Shown here piece after piece: positions 45,510-54,708 of a stretch of 64,000 nucleotides of DNA. A program made the translations under genes and the position numbers. The stretch is from a virus (lineage: Duplodnaviria; Caudoviricetes). The stretch's first letter is position 1, and the number at the start of each line of letters is the position of its first letter. The stretch is taken from IMG/VR virus record IMGVR_UViG_2855946969_000005, positions 35,286 through 99,285 of that record; one strand, 5' to 3'. A model generated the notes under the pieces. The model was given only the letters and a program-made list of their open reading frames with translations. It had not been told where the DNA came from and searched no databases.

Positions 45510-46151
45510 GGGCGTCTTCTCCTCCACCGAGAGCGGCACGTCCTTGGCGGACCGGGGAAAGGCTTCCTGTCGCGGGGTGGGCGCCGTACCTCTCGATGCA
45601 TGGTGGCGAGCGAGAGCAGCGGGCGCGGCGGCGCGGACGAGCAGGGCAAGGCCCGTGGGATGAAGGGGCGTGCCCCGGCCCGCCTGCGGAACGCCCAGTT
45701 CCAACGCGGCGAGACAGGACACGCCCGCACCGTGCCCGCCACGCCCAAGGCAAGCGCTCAGGCGGACGCGGTGACCGCCGGGAAGGCGGATCGGGGAGAG
45801 GGTTGCCGGGCTTTCTCGGCCCACGCCCGGCATGCGGGTTCCGCTCAGGGAGGCCGGGTCATTCCGGCTTTGGCCCTGGTCGAGGTCGTGCGCCGCGAGG
45901 GGCGCGTCTTGGTGCTCAGGGGAATCCCAAAGGGCGGGCGGAGCATTGAGGCCCCGCCCGAAGTCTCGGGAGAGAACGCCCTGGCGGGCAACGTCGACGC
46001 CGGCAACGGCATCGTTCTGGTGCAGGGCCGGCGTCATGCCGCCCTCGCTGTCGCTACGCCGGAAGAGACCCGGCGATGATCCTGATGGCGAACGGGCGCG
46101 CGGCGGGACCGCGCTACGCTCAGGGCTCCGTTGCGGGAGCCCAGCCGAGCC

Positions 46152-46484
46152 GTGGACGCCTCCGAACTGGACGACATGATCGCCGACCAAGCCGCCACGA
46201 AGCAGGTGTTGCTCATGGCGCTGCGCCGGCTCGCTGCGCTGACGCGGGAAAGCGGACGGGATCCGCGGGCACTGGCCGCCCGATGGAAGACGGTCGGCCG
46301 GCACGCGATGGACACGACCGAGTTCGGCACGGCGCCGGAGCACGAAGCCTCGGTGCGGGCGGAAGCGAAGGCGCGGCTCGACGAGATCATCGAGATTGGC
46401 CTGCTAGAGCCGCCGGGCGGAGCCCCGCTCGCTTGCGCGATGCGACCGAGCGCGGAACTTCGCTCGCGAAGGCCGGGCGGATAG
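46152..46484 (+). CDS. Hypothetical protein convergent with cro
   Basis: Helical, protein-like composition; start uncertain. Confidence 0.45.
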   Translation: MDASELDDMIADQAATKQVLLMALRRLAALTRESGRDPRALAARWKTVGRHAMDTTEFGTAPEHEASVRAEAKARLDEIIEIGLLEPPGGAPLACAMRPSAELRSRRPGG

Positions 46485-46713
46485 TTGCCGCCGCCGGACG
46501 CTTGTGGGCGATCTTCTCGTCCCGCAGGCCGTACAGCAAATCGAACGTGATGCTGTTTGCTTGGCCTTCGGCGGAGTCGACGATGCGCTTGAAGTAGTCC
46601 GGCGGAATGCTGTCACGCGCCTTCAGCACGCGCACATGGCTCTCGGGGATCCCGAGGATCCCGGAGGCGCCCGGAACACCGAGCGCATCGATGACATCGG
46701 AGAACGAGTTCAT
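46387..46713 (-). CDS. Cro-like HTH repressor (leaderless)
   Basis: MNSFSDVIDALG.......LGI....VRV.K.RDSIPP.YF; divergent from cI. Confidence 0.75.
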   Translation of the reverse strand: MNSFSDVIDALGVPGASGILGIPESHVRVLKARDSIPPDYFKRIVDSAEGQANSITFDLLYGLRDEKIAHKRPAAATIRPAFASEVPRSVASRKRAGLRPAALAGQSR

Positions 46714-46720
46714 GGAGCTA

Positions 46721-46786
46721 TCGCTACATGAGGTAGCGAGCGTGGTCAACACGGCACGAAGCGATTGGCCCGCTACACTGCGTAGC
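46721..46786. promoter_or_regulatory. OR-like region: two GCTAC-N5-GTAGC operators with divergent promoters
   Basis: Palindromes at 46723-46737 and 46772-46786; minus strand TTGACC-17-TAGCGA; plus strand -10 TACACT 7 nt before the cI ATG. Confidence 0.8.
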
Positions 46787-47467
46787 ATGGATGACACCAA
46801 GCTACGCAAGGCGCAGGGCGCGCGGTTGAAAAGCGCGCGCGTGGCCGCCGGCTATCGCTCCGCGCGCGAGGCGGCCCTATCGAACGAGTGGTCCGAGAGC
46901 ACCTATCGGGCCCACGAGGGCGGCACCCGTACCATCGGCCAAGACGATGCTGAGCGGTACGCGAACCGATTTCGGTTCGATGGCGTCCAGGTCTCGGCGC
47001 GCGGCATCCTATTCGGCGACGAGGATGCGGGCGAACCCGTCCGCGAGGGTGGCAACATCGTAGGCGTGGCGGGACTGATCAGCGCAGGCGGCCTCATCGA
47101 CACAGGGTCAGAGCAGATCCCGGACGACACGAACCTCTACGAGATCGAGGTGCCCTTCCCCGTGCCTGAGGGCACGATCGCCTTCCGCGTCGAAGGGCCG
47201 TCCATGCATCCACGCTACGACCCTGAGGACGTGATCCTCTGCTCAAAGCATGGCGAGAACCCGGAGAACCTGGTGGGCGCCTACGCCGCCGTCCGCACGA
47301 TCGACGGCCAGCGCTACCTCAAGCGTCTCCTCCGCGGCAGTCGGCGCGGGCTCTACCACTTGGAGAGCCACAACGCCCCGCTGATCTCCGACGTCCGCCT
47401 GAAGTGGTCCTCCGGCATCATCGCCACGGTTCACGGCCAACACTGGAAACGCTTAGTCCAGGGATGA
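46787..47467 (+). CDS. CI-like repressor (HTH plus S24 peptidase)
   Basis: RLKSARVAAG...TY..HE.G; ISAG cleavage site; VEGPSMHP; YLKRL. Confidence 0.92.
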   Translation: MDDTKLRKAQGARLKSARVAAGYRSAREAALSNEWSESTYRAHEGGTRTIGQDDAERYANRFRFDGVQVSARGILFGDEDAGEPVREGGNIVGVAGLISAGGLIDTGSEQIPDDTNLYEIEVPFPVPEGTIAFRVEGPSMHPRYDPEDVILCSKHGENPENLVGAYAAVRTIDGQRYLKRLLRGSRRGLYHLESHNAPLISDVRLKWSSGIIATVHGQHWKRLVQG

Positions 47468-47473
47468 GTCCGC

Positions 47474-47737
47474 TCAGAACGGTAGGTGGTCGAGTAGTGC
47501 CTGCGGGACGTCGCCGAACACACCAATGACGATTGGCTCCTCGGCCATGCCGATGTCGTCGTCGTTGAGCGCCTTTAGCGCCACTGCTCCGACCGCCGTG
47601 CGGCTTCTGCCGACTTCTCGCGCGAGCTCTAGCGCCTGCTCAGGTGTTTTGCACGGGCTCTGCCGGCACTGGACATGGTTGCCCGCCTTGTCCTTGTTGA
47701 AATACTGAACGCTGTAAACGACCTTGCTGCCCACCAC
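47474..47737 (-). CDS. Small hypothetical protein preceded by an SOS box
   Basis: GGAGG RBS; VQYF...GAVA...EPIVIGVFGDVP. Confidence 0.6.
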   Translation of the reverse strand: MVGSKVVYSVQYFNKDKAGNHVQCRQSPCKTPEQALELAREVGRSRTAVGAVALKALNDDDIGMAEEPIVIGVFGDVPQALLDHLPF

Positions 47738-47778
47738 TGTCCTCCCTTTGAGGCGAACCCAGGGTTGCGTACGGACCA

Positions 47779-47793
47779 GAACAAAGCAAGTAC
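47779..47793 (-). promoter_or_regulatory. LexA box variant GAAC-N7-GTAC
   Basis: GAACAAAGCAAGTAC upstream of 47737. Confidence 0.55.
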
Positions 47794-47870
47794 ACAATCG
47801 GTTCCTGTGCACGAGTGTGGATAACCGTGCTACATGCAGCGGGGCCGCTCCGCGCCCCTAGGCGCACAAA

Positions 47871-47914
47871 TCGCTACATGGCGTATTGACGCAAATCGCT
47901 ACTCCATGTAGCGT
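47871..47914 (+). promoter_or_regulatory. PL/OL-like promoter with two operators
   Basis: TTGACG-17-TAGCGT; GCTAC-TCCAT-GTAGC and degenerate GCTAC-ATGGC-GTATT. Confidence 0.8.
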
Positions 47915-47953
47915 TATCTCCATCGCCGCTCCCCGAGCCGATGGAGCCCCAAG

Positions 47954-48313
47954 ATGTCCCACCACAGCCGCAAAGGTTTCTCCTGGGGTTCCGCCCTCCG
48001 GGATCTGAAGTCCGACCGCGCTCAGCGCCCCGTGCCGCAGCGCGACTGGAAGATGGTCGAGGGCTGGCAGCAGAACGGCGGTCTCGCCTACGTCTGCCGT
48101 GACGAGAACGGCGCGTTCCTCGGCGCGGTCTACCCGAACAACAACACGCTCAGCGCGGTCGTCATGGCCGATCCGGCGACGCGCGACTCGTCGCTGATCT
48201 CCGGCGGCTGGAAGTTCGATCCGGCCGGCCTCCGGGACGCGAAGGTTGCGGTCGAGACCGCGATCGCCGCGCATCGCGTCGCCCAGGCCGCCGCTCCTGC
48301 GCAGGCGGCCTGA
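47954..48313 (+). CDS. First gene of the early operon, hypothetical
   Basis: GGAG RBS after the PL-like promoter. Confidence 0.6.
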   Translation: MSHHSRKGFSWGSALRDLKSDRAQRPVPQRDWKMVEGWQQNGGLAYVCRDENGAFLGAVYPNNNTLSAVVMADPATRDSSLISGGWKFDPAGLRDAKVAVETAIAAHRVAQAAAPAQAA

Positions 48314-48315
48314 CC

Positions 48316-48642
48316 ATGGCGCCCGCTGAAGCTCTCCGGGCGGCTGCCGCCCTTCTCGCCGACCCGGCGAAGCACGCGACCGAGGTCATGGCTCGGGACA
48401 TGGATGGCCTGCCCTGCGACCCGCTCGCCCGCCGGGCGCGGTGCTGGTGCACCTACGGTGCCCTTCGTGTCTCGGCCGGCACCCGCCGCGCCTACGACGC
48501 CGCGCTCCCGCACCTGCACGACGCCGCCTTCACCCTCTTCGACACGAGCCCGGACGAGGTGAACGACACCTTCGGCGCCGAGATCTCGGTCGGTCTCCTC
48601 CTCTACGCCGCCGCCCTGGCGGATCGCGCCACGGTGCACTGA
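48316..48642 (+). CDS. Hypothetical protein (DUF6197-like)
   Basis: ARD..G......A.CWC..GAL...ND. Confidence 0.55.
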   Translation: MAPAEALRAAAALLADPAKHATEVMARDMDGLPCDPLARRARCWCTYGALRVSAGTRRAYDAALPHLHDAAFTLFDTSPDEVNDTFGAEISVGLLLYAAALADRATVH

Positions 48643-48643
48643 C

Positions 48644-48940
48644 ATGGCCTCCCCTCACCTCACCTACGAGGCGGCGAAGGCTGCCGGATTTCAGGTCGCC
48701 GAGGCGCGTCGCATCGCCTGCGGCCGCCAGTTCCAGACCTCGCTTGATCGCGACGCAGGCACGCGCATCACCGCGCTTCTGCTCCTCGACATCCCGGCGG
48801 TCGACGGCGGGCTGAAGGGCCTGCCCTTCACGGCGCTGATGCTCGCGACGTGGCAGCTCCGGGCGGAGGACGTGATCGCAGCCGGTGGCGTGGTCGTGGG
48901 CCACCCCGCGCCGGCCGCTCCGCTCGCGAGGGCCGCGTGA
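48644..48940 (+). CDS. Hypothetical protein
   Basis: Operon packing. Confidence 0.5.
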   Translation: MASPHLTYEAAKAAGFQVAEARRIACGRQFQTSLDRDAGTRITALLLLDIPAVDGGLKGLPFTALMLATWQLRAEDVIAAGGVVVGHPAPAAPLARAA

Positions 48941-49629
48941 TGCCCGGCGCCCGCGACAGCTACGAGTGGGTCGACCTCCCAGTCGGTCCCCAGCCGATCC
49001 CCACCTGGGCCAAGGGCCTGAAGGTCGAGTGGCTTGAAGGCTACGGCAACCCGCCGGGCATCCGGCTCAAGACGGACTGCGAGGCTCGCGAGTGGGCCGG
49101 GCAGGTCTGGTCCTGCGAGGACGGTCGCTACATGGCCGTTCACGAGGACGGGCGCGCCCGCTGCTACTATCACCACGGCGCGGTCGGCGAGACAGCGCTG
49201 ACCCGCTCCGAGGGCGGGAAGCTCGTCGACTATGTTGGGCTCGCGACCGCGCAGTCCGACGGCCTCGCCGGCTCGCACGTCCGGATCACGATGAAGGACG
49301 GCGAACACGCCGGGCGCGAGATCTCGCTCCGGGGCCCGTGGTGCGGCGCGACGCCCGCCGGCTACGTCGATACCGCCTACATCAACGTCGCCGATCCGCG
49401 GTGCGGCTACCCGCCCGAGCGCCACTGGACGCAGCGCGTCGGCACGGCCGGCCTGCTCATCACCGAGGACCTGTTCCTCCGGCTCCTCGCCCGGTTCGCG
49501 CCGGAGTGCCGCTGTGCTCGCGTGACGACGCTCTGGACCAAGCTCGAGCCCGTGCGCGGTGACTGGGACGAGCCGAAGTCCTGGGAGATGGAGCGTCGGC
49601 GTCTGGCGGCTCGCGAGAGGGCTGCCTGA
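48940..49629 (+). CDS. Hypothetical phage protein
   Basis: TGATG coupling; GLAGSHV.ITM.DG....LRGPW. Confidence 0.55.
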   Translation: MPGARDSYEWVDLPVGPQPIPTWAKGLKVEWLEGYGNPPGIRLKTDCEAREWAGQVWSCEDGRYMAVHEDGRARCYYHHGAVGETALTRSEGGKLVDYVGLATAQSDGLAGSHVRITMKDGEHAGREISLRGPWCGATPAGYVDTAYINVADPRCGYPPERHWTQRVGTAGLLITEDLFLRLLARFAPECRCARVTTLWTKLEPVRGDWDEPKSWEMERRRLAARERAA

Positions 49630-50042
49630 TGCCCCGTCGCGAGTTCACGAAGGCCACGCAGCGGGCCGCCTTCAAGCGCGCCAACGGCCAGTGCGAGGGC
49701 GTTCTGCACACCGGCCTGCGGTGCGAGGCGGTGGTCGAGCCCGGTCGGGTCGAGTTCGATCACGTCATCCCCGACGCGCTCGGCGGCGACAACTCGCTTG
49801 AGAACTGCGCCGCGCTTTGCCGGCTCTGCCACCGCGCGAAGACCACCAAGGATCAGGGCCGGATCGCGAAGGCGGACCGGCAGTCCGACCGGCACATCGG
49901 CGTGAAGGACCCGCATCGTCGGCGCCTCACCTCGGCCGGATTCACGAAGGCCGAGCCCCAGCGGCGTGCCTCCACCCCGCTGAGCAAGCCGCCGGTCGTC
50001 AGCCTGATCGGCCGCCGCAACACCCCCTCCCCCAACCGCTGA
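49629..50042 (+). CDS. HNH endonuclease
   Basis: EFDHVIP..LGGDNSLENC..LC..CH..KT. Confidence 0.85.
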   Translation: MPRREFTKATQRAAFKRANGQCEGVLHTGLRCEAVVEPGRVEFDHVIPDALGGDNSLENCAALCRLCHRAKTTKDQGRIAKADRQSDRHIGVKDPHRRRLTSAGFTKAEPQRRASTPLSKPPVVSLIGRRNTPSPNR

Positions 50043-50195
50043 AGGAGCCAAGCGCGTGTCACGTCCCCTGCCCTCTCCGCGCCTCTCCGACGCGGAACAG
50101 CGCGAGCGCCAAGCCCGCGAGATCGCTGCGGCGCGCCGGGCCTACGAGGCCCAGGTCGCCGCCTTCATCCTCGGCGCTCGGGAGGCTCGCGCGTA

Positions 50196-50522
50196 ATGGC
50201 CGCGATCGTCCTGCCCTCCCCGCGCCCCGCCCACCCGGCGCACCTCCACCGTGAACTCGCCAACGCGCACGCCGTGATCCGCGGCTCGCAGCGTGGCCCC
50301 CGCCCGGTCGGCTTCGTGGACCTCCAGATCCACGAGGACGCCATCCGCTCCGGCGAGAGCACGCGGGTTTACCGTAACAGCACGAGCGAGCTGCACGCGA
50401 TCGAGGACATGGGCGACGTGTTCTACGCCGTCTGGTCTCTCGGACTCCGCTCCATCGTCACCTACCTCGCGCGGCCGCAAGACTTCCGAGTCCGGCCGGG
50501 CGTCCGGTTTGGGAGGGCCTGA
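50196..50522 (+). CDS. Hypothetical protein
   Basis: GGAGG RBS. Confidence 0.5.
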   Translation: MAAIVLPSPRPAHPAHLHRELANAHAVIRGSQRGPRPVGFVDLQIHEDAIRSGESTRVYRNSTSELHAIEDMGDVFYAVWSLGLRSIVTYLARPQDFRVRPGVRFGRA

Positions 50523-50525
50523 GCG

Positions 50526-50834
50526 ATGGGGTTCTCCCGCCTCTTCAGCGCCGAGGGCGACTTCGCGGCCGCGCGCCAGGCCGAAGCCTTCCTGCAGCGC
50601 GCCGGCTTCTCGGTCGGCCACAGCGAGCGCGGCTCGCCGCGCGGCATCCTCTTCGGCGACTACGACATCCAGGAATGGCGCAACCTGCGCGCCTCGGACC
50701 GGGCGGCGCTGCACGGCCAGATGACCGGCGACGGCCGCCATGGTCCGATCCGCATCTGCTTCGTGGATCGGCTGCCGGACGACGCGGTGCGGGCCCTCGA
50801 CCGAGCACTCAAGGCGGAGGGGGCCGATGCCTGA
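50526..50834 (+). CDS. Hypothetical phage protein
   Basis: GDF.A...A..FL...GFSVG..ERGSPRGILFG.YDI.EWRNL. Confidence 0.6.
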   Translation: MGFSRLFSAEGDFAAARQAEAFLQRAGFSVGHSERGSPRGILFGDYDIQEWRNLRASDRAALHGQMTGDGRHGPIRICFVDRLPDDAVRALDRALKAEGADA

Positions 50835-51015
50835 GACCGCTGGCCTGATCCTCGGCCTCTGCGCCCTGGCCAACTTCCTCACCCTGGTGGTCCTGCCCGA
50901 TCGCTTCGCCACCGACGAGGCGGAGCACCCCACGCACGACAGCGCCGGCAACGTGCGCTGATCCGGCCGGGCCGCGCCCGGACCGCCCTCTCCTCCCCCG
51001 TTTCTGGAGTCCCGC

Positions 51016-51282
51016 ATGTCCTTCGGGCCGAACAGCTACGTCGAGCGTCTCGCTGGCGTTCTCTACCATGGTCTCTGCGGTGCCGGCGTGCTCGGCCTCC
51101 TGCTCCTGGCCGGGACGGCCCTCTTCGGCGCCCCGCGAGATGCTACCGACCCGCCCGCGGGCAGCCTATCGGGCCTGATCCTCTACACGGACCACGGCAC
51201 GGGCTGTCAGTACGTCGGCAAGTCCGGCGCCCTGACGCCGCGCATGCAGGCCGATGGCAAGCAGGCGGGGTGCCGGTCGTGA
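51016..51282 (+). CDS. Membrane-anchored DUF6440-like protein
   Basis: TM segment followed by LYTDHGTGCQY...LTPR..ADG. Confidence 0.55.
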   Translation: MSFGPNSYVERLAGVLYHGLCGAGVLGLLLLAGTALFGAPRDATDPPAGSLSGLILYTDHGTGCQYVGKSGALTPRMQADGKQAGCRS

Positions 51283-51521
51283 TCGGCGCCGACGCCCTCC
51301 CCCTGGCAGCGGCCGCGTTCGCGGGTCTCGGCTGCCTAGCCTCCATCGCCGAACTCGGCATCCGGCTTCAGCGCGGGATCGTGGATCCGGTGCCGGCCTC
51401 GGCGGACACGGCCAGCGCCGTCGCCGGCCACCTCGCGCACGTCGCGATCATCGGGGCTGCGGTCGCGCTCGCCACCGTCGCTGTTCTGCGGACGGTGATC
51501 CGGGGAGGCGCGCGTGGGTAG
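51279..51521 (+). CDS. Small membrane protein
   Basis: Two hydrophobic helices. Confidence 0.45.
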   Translation: MIGADALPLAAAAFAGLGCLASIAELGIRLQRGIVDPVPASADTASAVAGHLAHVAIIGAAVALATVAVLRTVIRGGARG

Positions 51522-51921
51522 CCTCACCAAGGAGGACATGGCCGAACTCGGCCGGACGCTGGGCGCCAAGCTCGCCAGCTTCGCGGATCAGGCGGAGGCG
51601 AAGCTCCGCGCCTCGGGCGTCGAGCCGGAGGATCGCTGCGCCTCCTGCGCCTTCCGCGCCGGCACCGTCCCGAACACGAAGGCCCCCGCAACGGGTCTCG
51701 ACGCGCTGAAGTGCTTGGTCGAGCGCCACCCCTTCGGCTGCCACCACGACAAGGAGGACGGCCTGCCGACCCGGCTGTGCGGCGGCTTCGTCAACATCCT
51801 GGCCGCCGAGACCGGACCGAAGCTCACCGAGGCGCCCTGGCCGTTCTCGGATGAGATCGAGCCGAAGTTGGTTGGGCGGGATGTCGTTGGCCGCCTTGCG
51901 GCAGGAGGCGCCCGTGTCTGA
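51514..51921 (+). CDS. Cys/His-rich hypothetical protein
   Basis: CASCAFR.GT.PN...C.....F.CH...C.G. Confidence 0.55.
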   Translation: MGSLTKEDMAELGRTLGAKLASFADQAEAKLRASGVEPEDRCASCAFRAGTVPNTKAPATGLDALKCLVERHPFGCHHDKEDGLPTRLCGGFVNILAAETGPKLTEAPWPFSDEIEPKLVGRDVVGRLAAGGARV

Positions 51922-52342
51922 GGCTGCCCCCAAGACAGACGCGCAGATCGTCACCGAGGTGAACGACCTCGCCCGCAAGATGCTCGCTTATCTCGGCGTC
52001 GGTTTCACGGCTCCGCCCGGCTTCAAGTTCTACGAGGCGGATGAGCGCGAGTGGCGCGCCCGCGAGGCGTGGCGTCGAGCTGCCGAGGTCTACGAGTGGA
52101 TTACCGGCACCGAGGTGCACGACGCCCTGCTTGCCTTCCAGGAGGAAGGCGACCCGGTGGCGGAGACTGCGGCACGCCACGAGACCATCGCCCGCGCTCT
52201 CTGCAAGGCACACCACCCGGACCGGGATCCGGATGAGATCCAGGCAGACTTTGATCCGCCGATCCGGCTTTGGCATGGCTACCTGAAGGCGGCGGCCGCG
52301 GCTGACGAAGCTCTCGCAACGCGGGAGGCCGCCCAGGCATGA
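51914..52342 (+). CDS. Hypothetical protein
   Basis: AGGAGG RBS with GTG start. Confidence 0.5.
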   Translation: MSEAAPKTDAQIVTEVNDLARKMLAYLGVGFTAPPGFKFYEADEREWRAREAWRRAAEVYEWITGTEVHDALLAFQEEGDPVAETAARHETIARALCKAHHPDRDPDEIQADFDPPIRLWHGYLKAAAAADEALATREAAQA

Positions 52343-52821
52343 GCGCGATCCCTGCCATCACGATCTGGGAGCCGTGGGCCTCCCTAATCATCGCCGGCGC
52401 CAAGCCCTACGAGTTCCGGGGCTGGGCAGCGCCACGCGCCTACCACGGCACCCGCATCGCAATCCACGCGGGCGCCCGGCCAGTCCGAAAGGCAGAGGTC
52501 GCCGACCTAATCGTGCGCCTCCGCGGCCCGCAGGCTTGGACGACCTGTCTGCGGCCGGAGATTGCCTTGCCGATGCTCGACCGGCTGCACGCCAACCCGA
52601 AGGCGGCGGTCCTGTCCCATGTGCTCGGCACCGCTGTGTTGGGCCTGCCGATACGGGCCCATGAGATCGTCGGCGAGTTCGGCGGCATCCTGAACGACAG
52701 CGACCGGGCCGAGCACTGCAACTTCGCATGGCCGCTCACCGACATCCGGCCGTGCATACCGCCTGTACCAGCGCGGGGCGCTCAGGGGTTCTGGCCTTGG
52801 GGTGCGGAGGAGGCGGCATGA
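52339..52821 (+). CDS. ASCH domain protein
   Basis: AITIWEPWASLI..GAK..E.R.W....IAIHAG...ARG.QGFW. Confidence 0.85.
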   Translation: MSAIPAITIWEPWASLIIAGAKPYEFRGWAAPRAYHGTRIAIHAGARPVRKAEVADLIVRLRGPQAWTTCLRPEIALPMLDRLHANPKAAVLSHVLGTAVLGLPIRAHEIVGEFGGILNDSDRAEHCNFAWPLTDIRPCIPPVPARGAQGFWPWGAEEAA

Positions 52822-53126
52822 GCCTCCGCTCCCAATACCTCCACGACCCCTACTTGGTCGGCAACGGCGCATGGTGCTCGACGTGCTTCCCTGAGGGGAA
52901 GCCGGACACGACCGAGTTCGGCACCGCTGTGAACTGGCGCGAGCGGGTTCGCCCGCTCTGCAACGAATGTGCTGGGAATGGCCGCGTCGCCTTCTCGGCT
53001 GAGACCATCGTGCGCAACACCCGCGCCGGCGGTCCCCAGCCCGATCCCCCCTTCGTCCCGGCCAGACTGCGCCCGTCCTCACGGGTCGAGCGCGTGCGCC
53101 CGCAGATCCGCCGGAGGACCGTATGA
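52818..53126 (+). CDS. Zinc-finger hypothetical protein
   Basis: CSTC...CNECAGNG. Confidence 0.45.
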   Translation: MSLRSQYLHDPYLVGNGAWCSTCFPEGKPDTTEFGTAVNWRERVRPLCNECAGNGRVAFSAETIVRNTRAGGPQPDPPFVPARLRPSSRVERVRPQIRRRTV

Positions 53127-53512
53127 GCACAGAGCCGACCATCTACATGGCCAGCAAGACGGCGCACGCGCCGCGCTGGCGGGATCTCCGGGCCTCGGGC
53201 TTCCGGATCATCTCCACCTGGATTGACGAGGCAGGCGTCGGCGAGACGCAGTGCTTCACCGACCTGTGGCGGCGCTGCGTGGACGAGGCGGCCGGCGCGG
53301 ACGCGCTGATCGTCTACCGCCAGCCCGGCGAGGTGCTGAAGGGCGCCTTCGTGGAAGTCGGCGCGGCGCTCGCGGTCGGCACGCCGGTCTACGCCATCGG
53401 CTGCGACGAGTTCAGCTTCGTGAACCACGCAGGCGTCACGCGCTGCCCCACCCTGGCGGAGGCGCTCGCGCACGTCACCGGCCGCGCCGTCACCCTGGAG
53501 GCCGCCGCGTGA
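53123..53512 (+). CDS. Nucleoside 2-deoxyribosyltransferase-like protein
   Basis: IY.AS...STW...AD.LIV...GA.VE.GAALA.G.PV. Confidence 0.65.
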   Translation: MSTEPTIYMASKTAHAPRWRDLRASGFRIISTWIDEAGVGETQCFTDLWRRCVDEAAGADALIVYRQPGEVLKGAFVEVGAALAVGTPVYAIGCDEFSFVNHAGVTRCPTLAEALAHVTGRAVTLEAAA

Positions 53513-53922
53513 ACATGCCGCTCGCCCTCCCCTGCCCCGCCTGCAACGGCGACGGCTTCGTCTCCTTTGAGGATCGGCACACCGAGACCGCGAAGGAGGT
53601 CTGCCCGGTCTGCCGGGGGCACGAGACGATCCCGGCCGAGACCGGCACGGCGCACGACGCCGCGTTCGACACGTTGCGCGCCGGCCCTGTCCAAGCCCTG
53701 TTCCAGCCCGATCCCGGAACCGAGTGGACCATCACCACCGAGGCCTCTCCCAACGGCGTGTTCCTCGTCATCAGCTTCACGCTCTACGGCGCGCCCGCGA
53801 CGCTGAAGCTGGCGATGGATCGGCCGGACGCGCGCACGCTGTCGGCTGGGCTTCTGGCCGCCGCCGGTGACGCGGCCGCGCGCACCGTTCCGGCAACCGA
53901 AGCGACAGAGGCGCAGGCGTGA
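53509..53922 (+). CDS. Zinc-finger hypothetical protein
   Basis: CPACNGDG...CPVCRG. Confidence 0.5.
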   Translation: MNMPLALPCPACNGDGFVSFEDRHTETAKEVCPVCRGHETIPAETGTAHDAAFDTLRAGPVQALFQPDPGTEWTITTEASPNGVFLVISFTLYGAPATLKLAMDRPDARTLSAGLLAAAGDAAARTVPATEATEAQA

Positions 53923-54179
53923 TGCGCTCTGCCCATCCCCTCACCCACGCCGCCGTCGCCCGGCAGCTTCACGCCAAGGGCTACCGAACCTCCGGCCTGC
54001 GCAGCGTCGGCTACGGCCCGCTGGCGGTCTGCCGCGCGATTGTCCGCGCCTTTGAAGGTTCGGACGTGCCCCTCGGCGCGGTGCCCGGCACCCCCGACGA
54101 CTGCGCCGAGATCCGCGCCGAGCTCGCGCGCCTTGAGACCGAGACGCTGACCCCCTCCCCTTCCGAGACGAGGCACTGA
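53919..54179 (+). CDS. Hypothetical protein
   Basis: Coupled ORF. Confidence 0.45.
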   Translation: MMRSAHPLTHAAVARQLHAKGYRTSGLRSVGYGPLAVCRAIVRAFEGSDVPLGAVPGTPDDCAEIRAELARLETETLTPSPSETRH

Positions 54180-54180
54180 C

Positions 54181-54708
54181 ATGGGACTCGCCCCGCAACC
54201 CATCCTGACCGCCTCCCCGCTCGTGGCCCGCGGGCAGTTCGGCGCCCGCGCCTACGGGCCGGGCGAGGCCGACGCGCAGCGCGAGGGCTACCGCCGGCAG
54301 ATGGAACGGATCTGGGGGCGCCCGGTGCGCGCCGTGGTCGTCCTGCCGGAGCCGCAGGCGTCGCGCGCGCCGGGCACCGAGGGTGCCGCCCTCGCGGCTG
54401 CTCCACCCGCGCCCGACGCCGACGCGGAGGCGATCGCCCGCCGCGTGGCCGAGGCGCACGGCACCACGCTCGGAGCCCTGCGCGGGCCGGCCCAGACAGG
54501 ACCCATCCTCATCGCCCGCCAGATCGCGATGGCGACGCTTCACGCGGAGCGTCCCGACCTGAACACGACCGCCATCGGCGCCGTCGTCGGGCGCGGGCGC
54601 AAGGCGGTTCTCCGCGCTCTGCACCTGCACGGGATCCCGCCGCGGCGGTCCGGGGCCCCAAGCCCACCGGTCCGCGCGCCGAACTCCGTCACGGGGGCGC
54701 GCGCCTGA
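54181..54708 (+). CDS. DnaA C-terminal (domain IV)-like HTH protein
   Basis: I...VA..HG.....L.G......ARQIAM...S/T..AIG...GR....VL.A. Confidence 0.7.
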   Translation: MGLAPQPILTASPLVARGQFGARAYGPGEADAQREGYRRQMERIWGRPVRAVVVLPEPQASRAPGTEGAALAAAPPAPDADAEAIARRVAEAHGTTLGALRGPAQTGPILIARQIAMATLHAERPDLNTTAIGAVVGRGRKAVLRALHLHGIPPRRSGAPSPPVRAPNSVTGARA

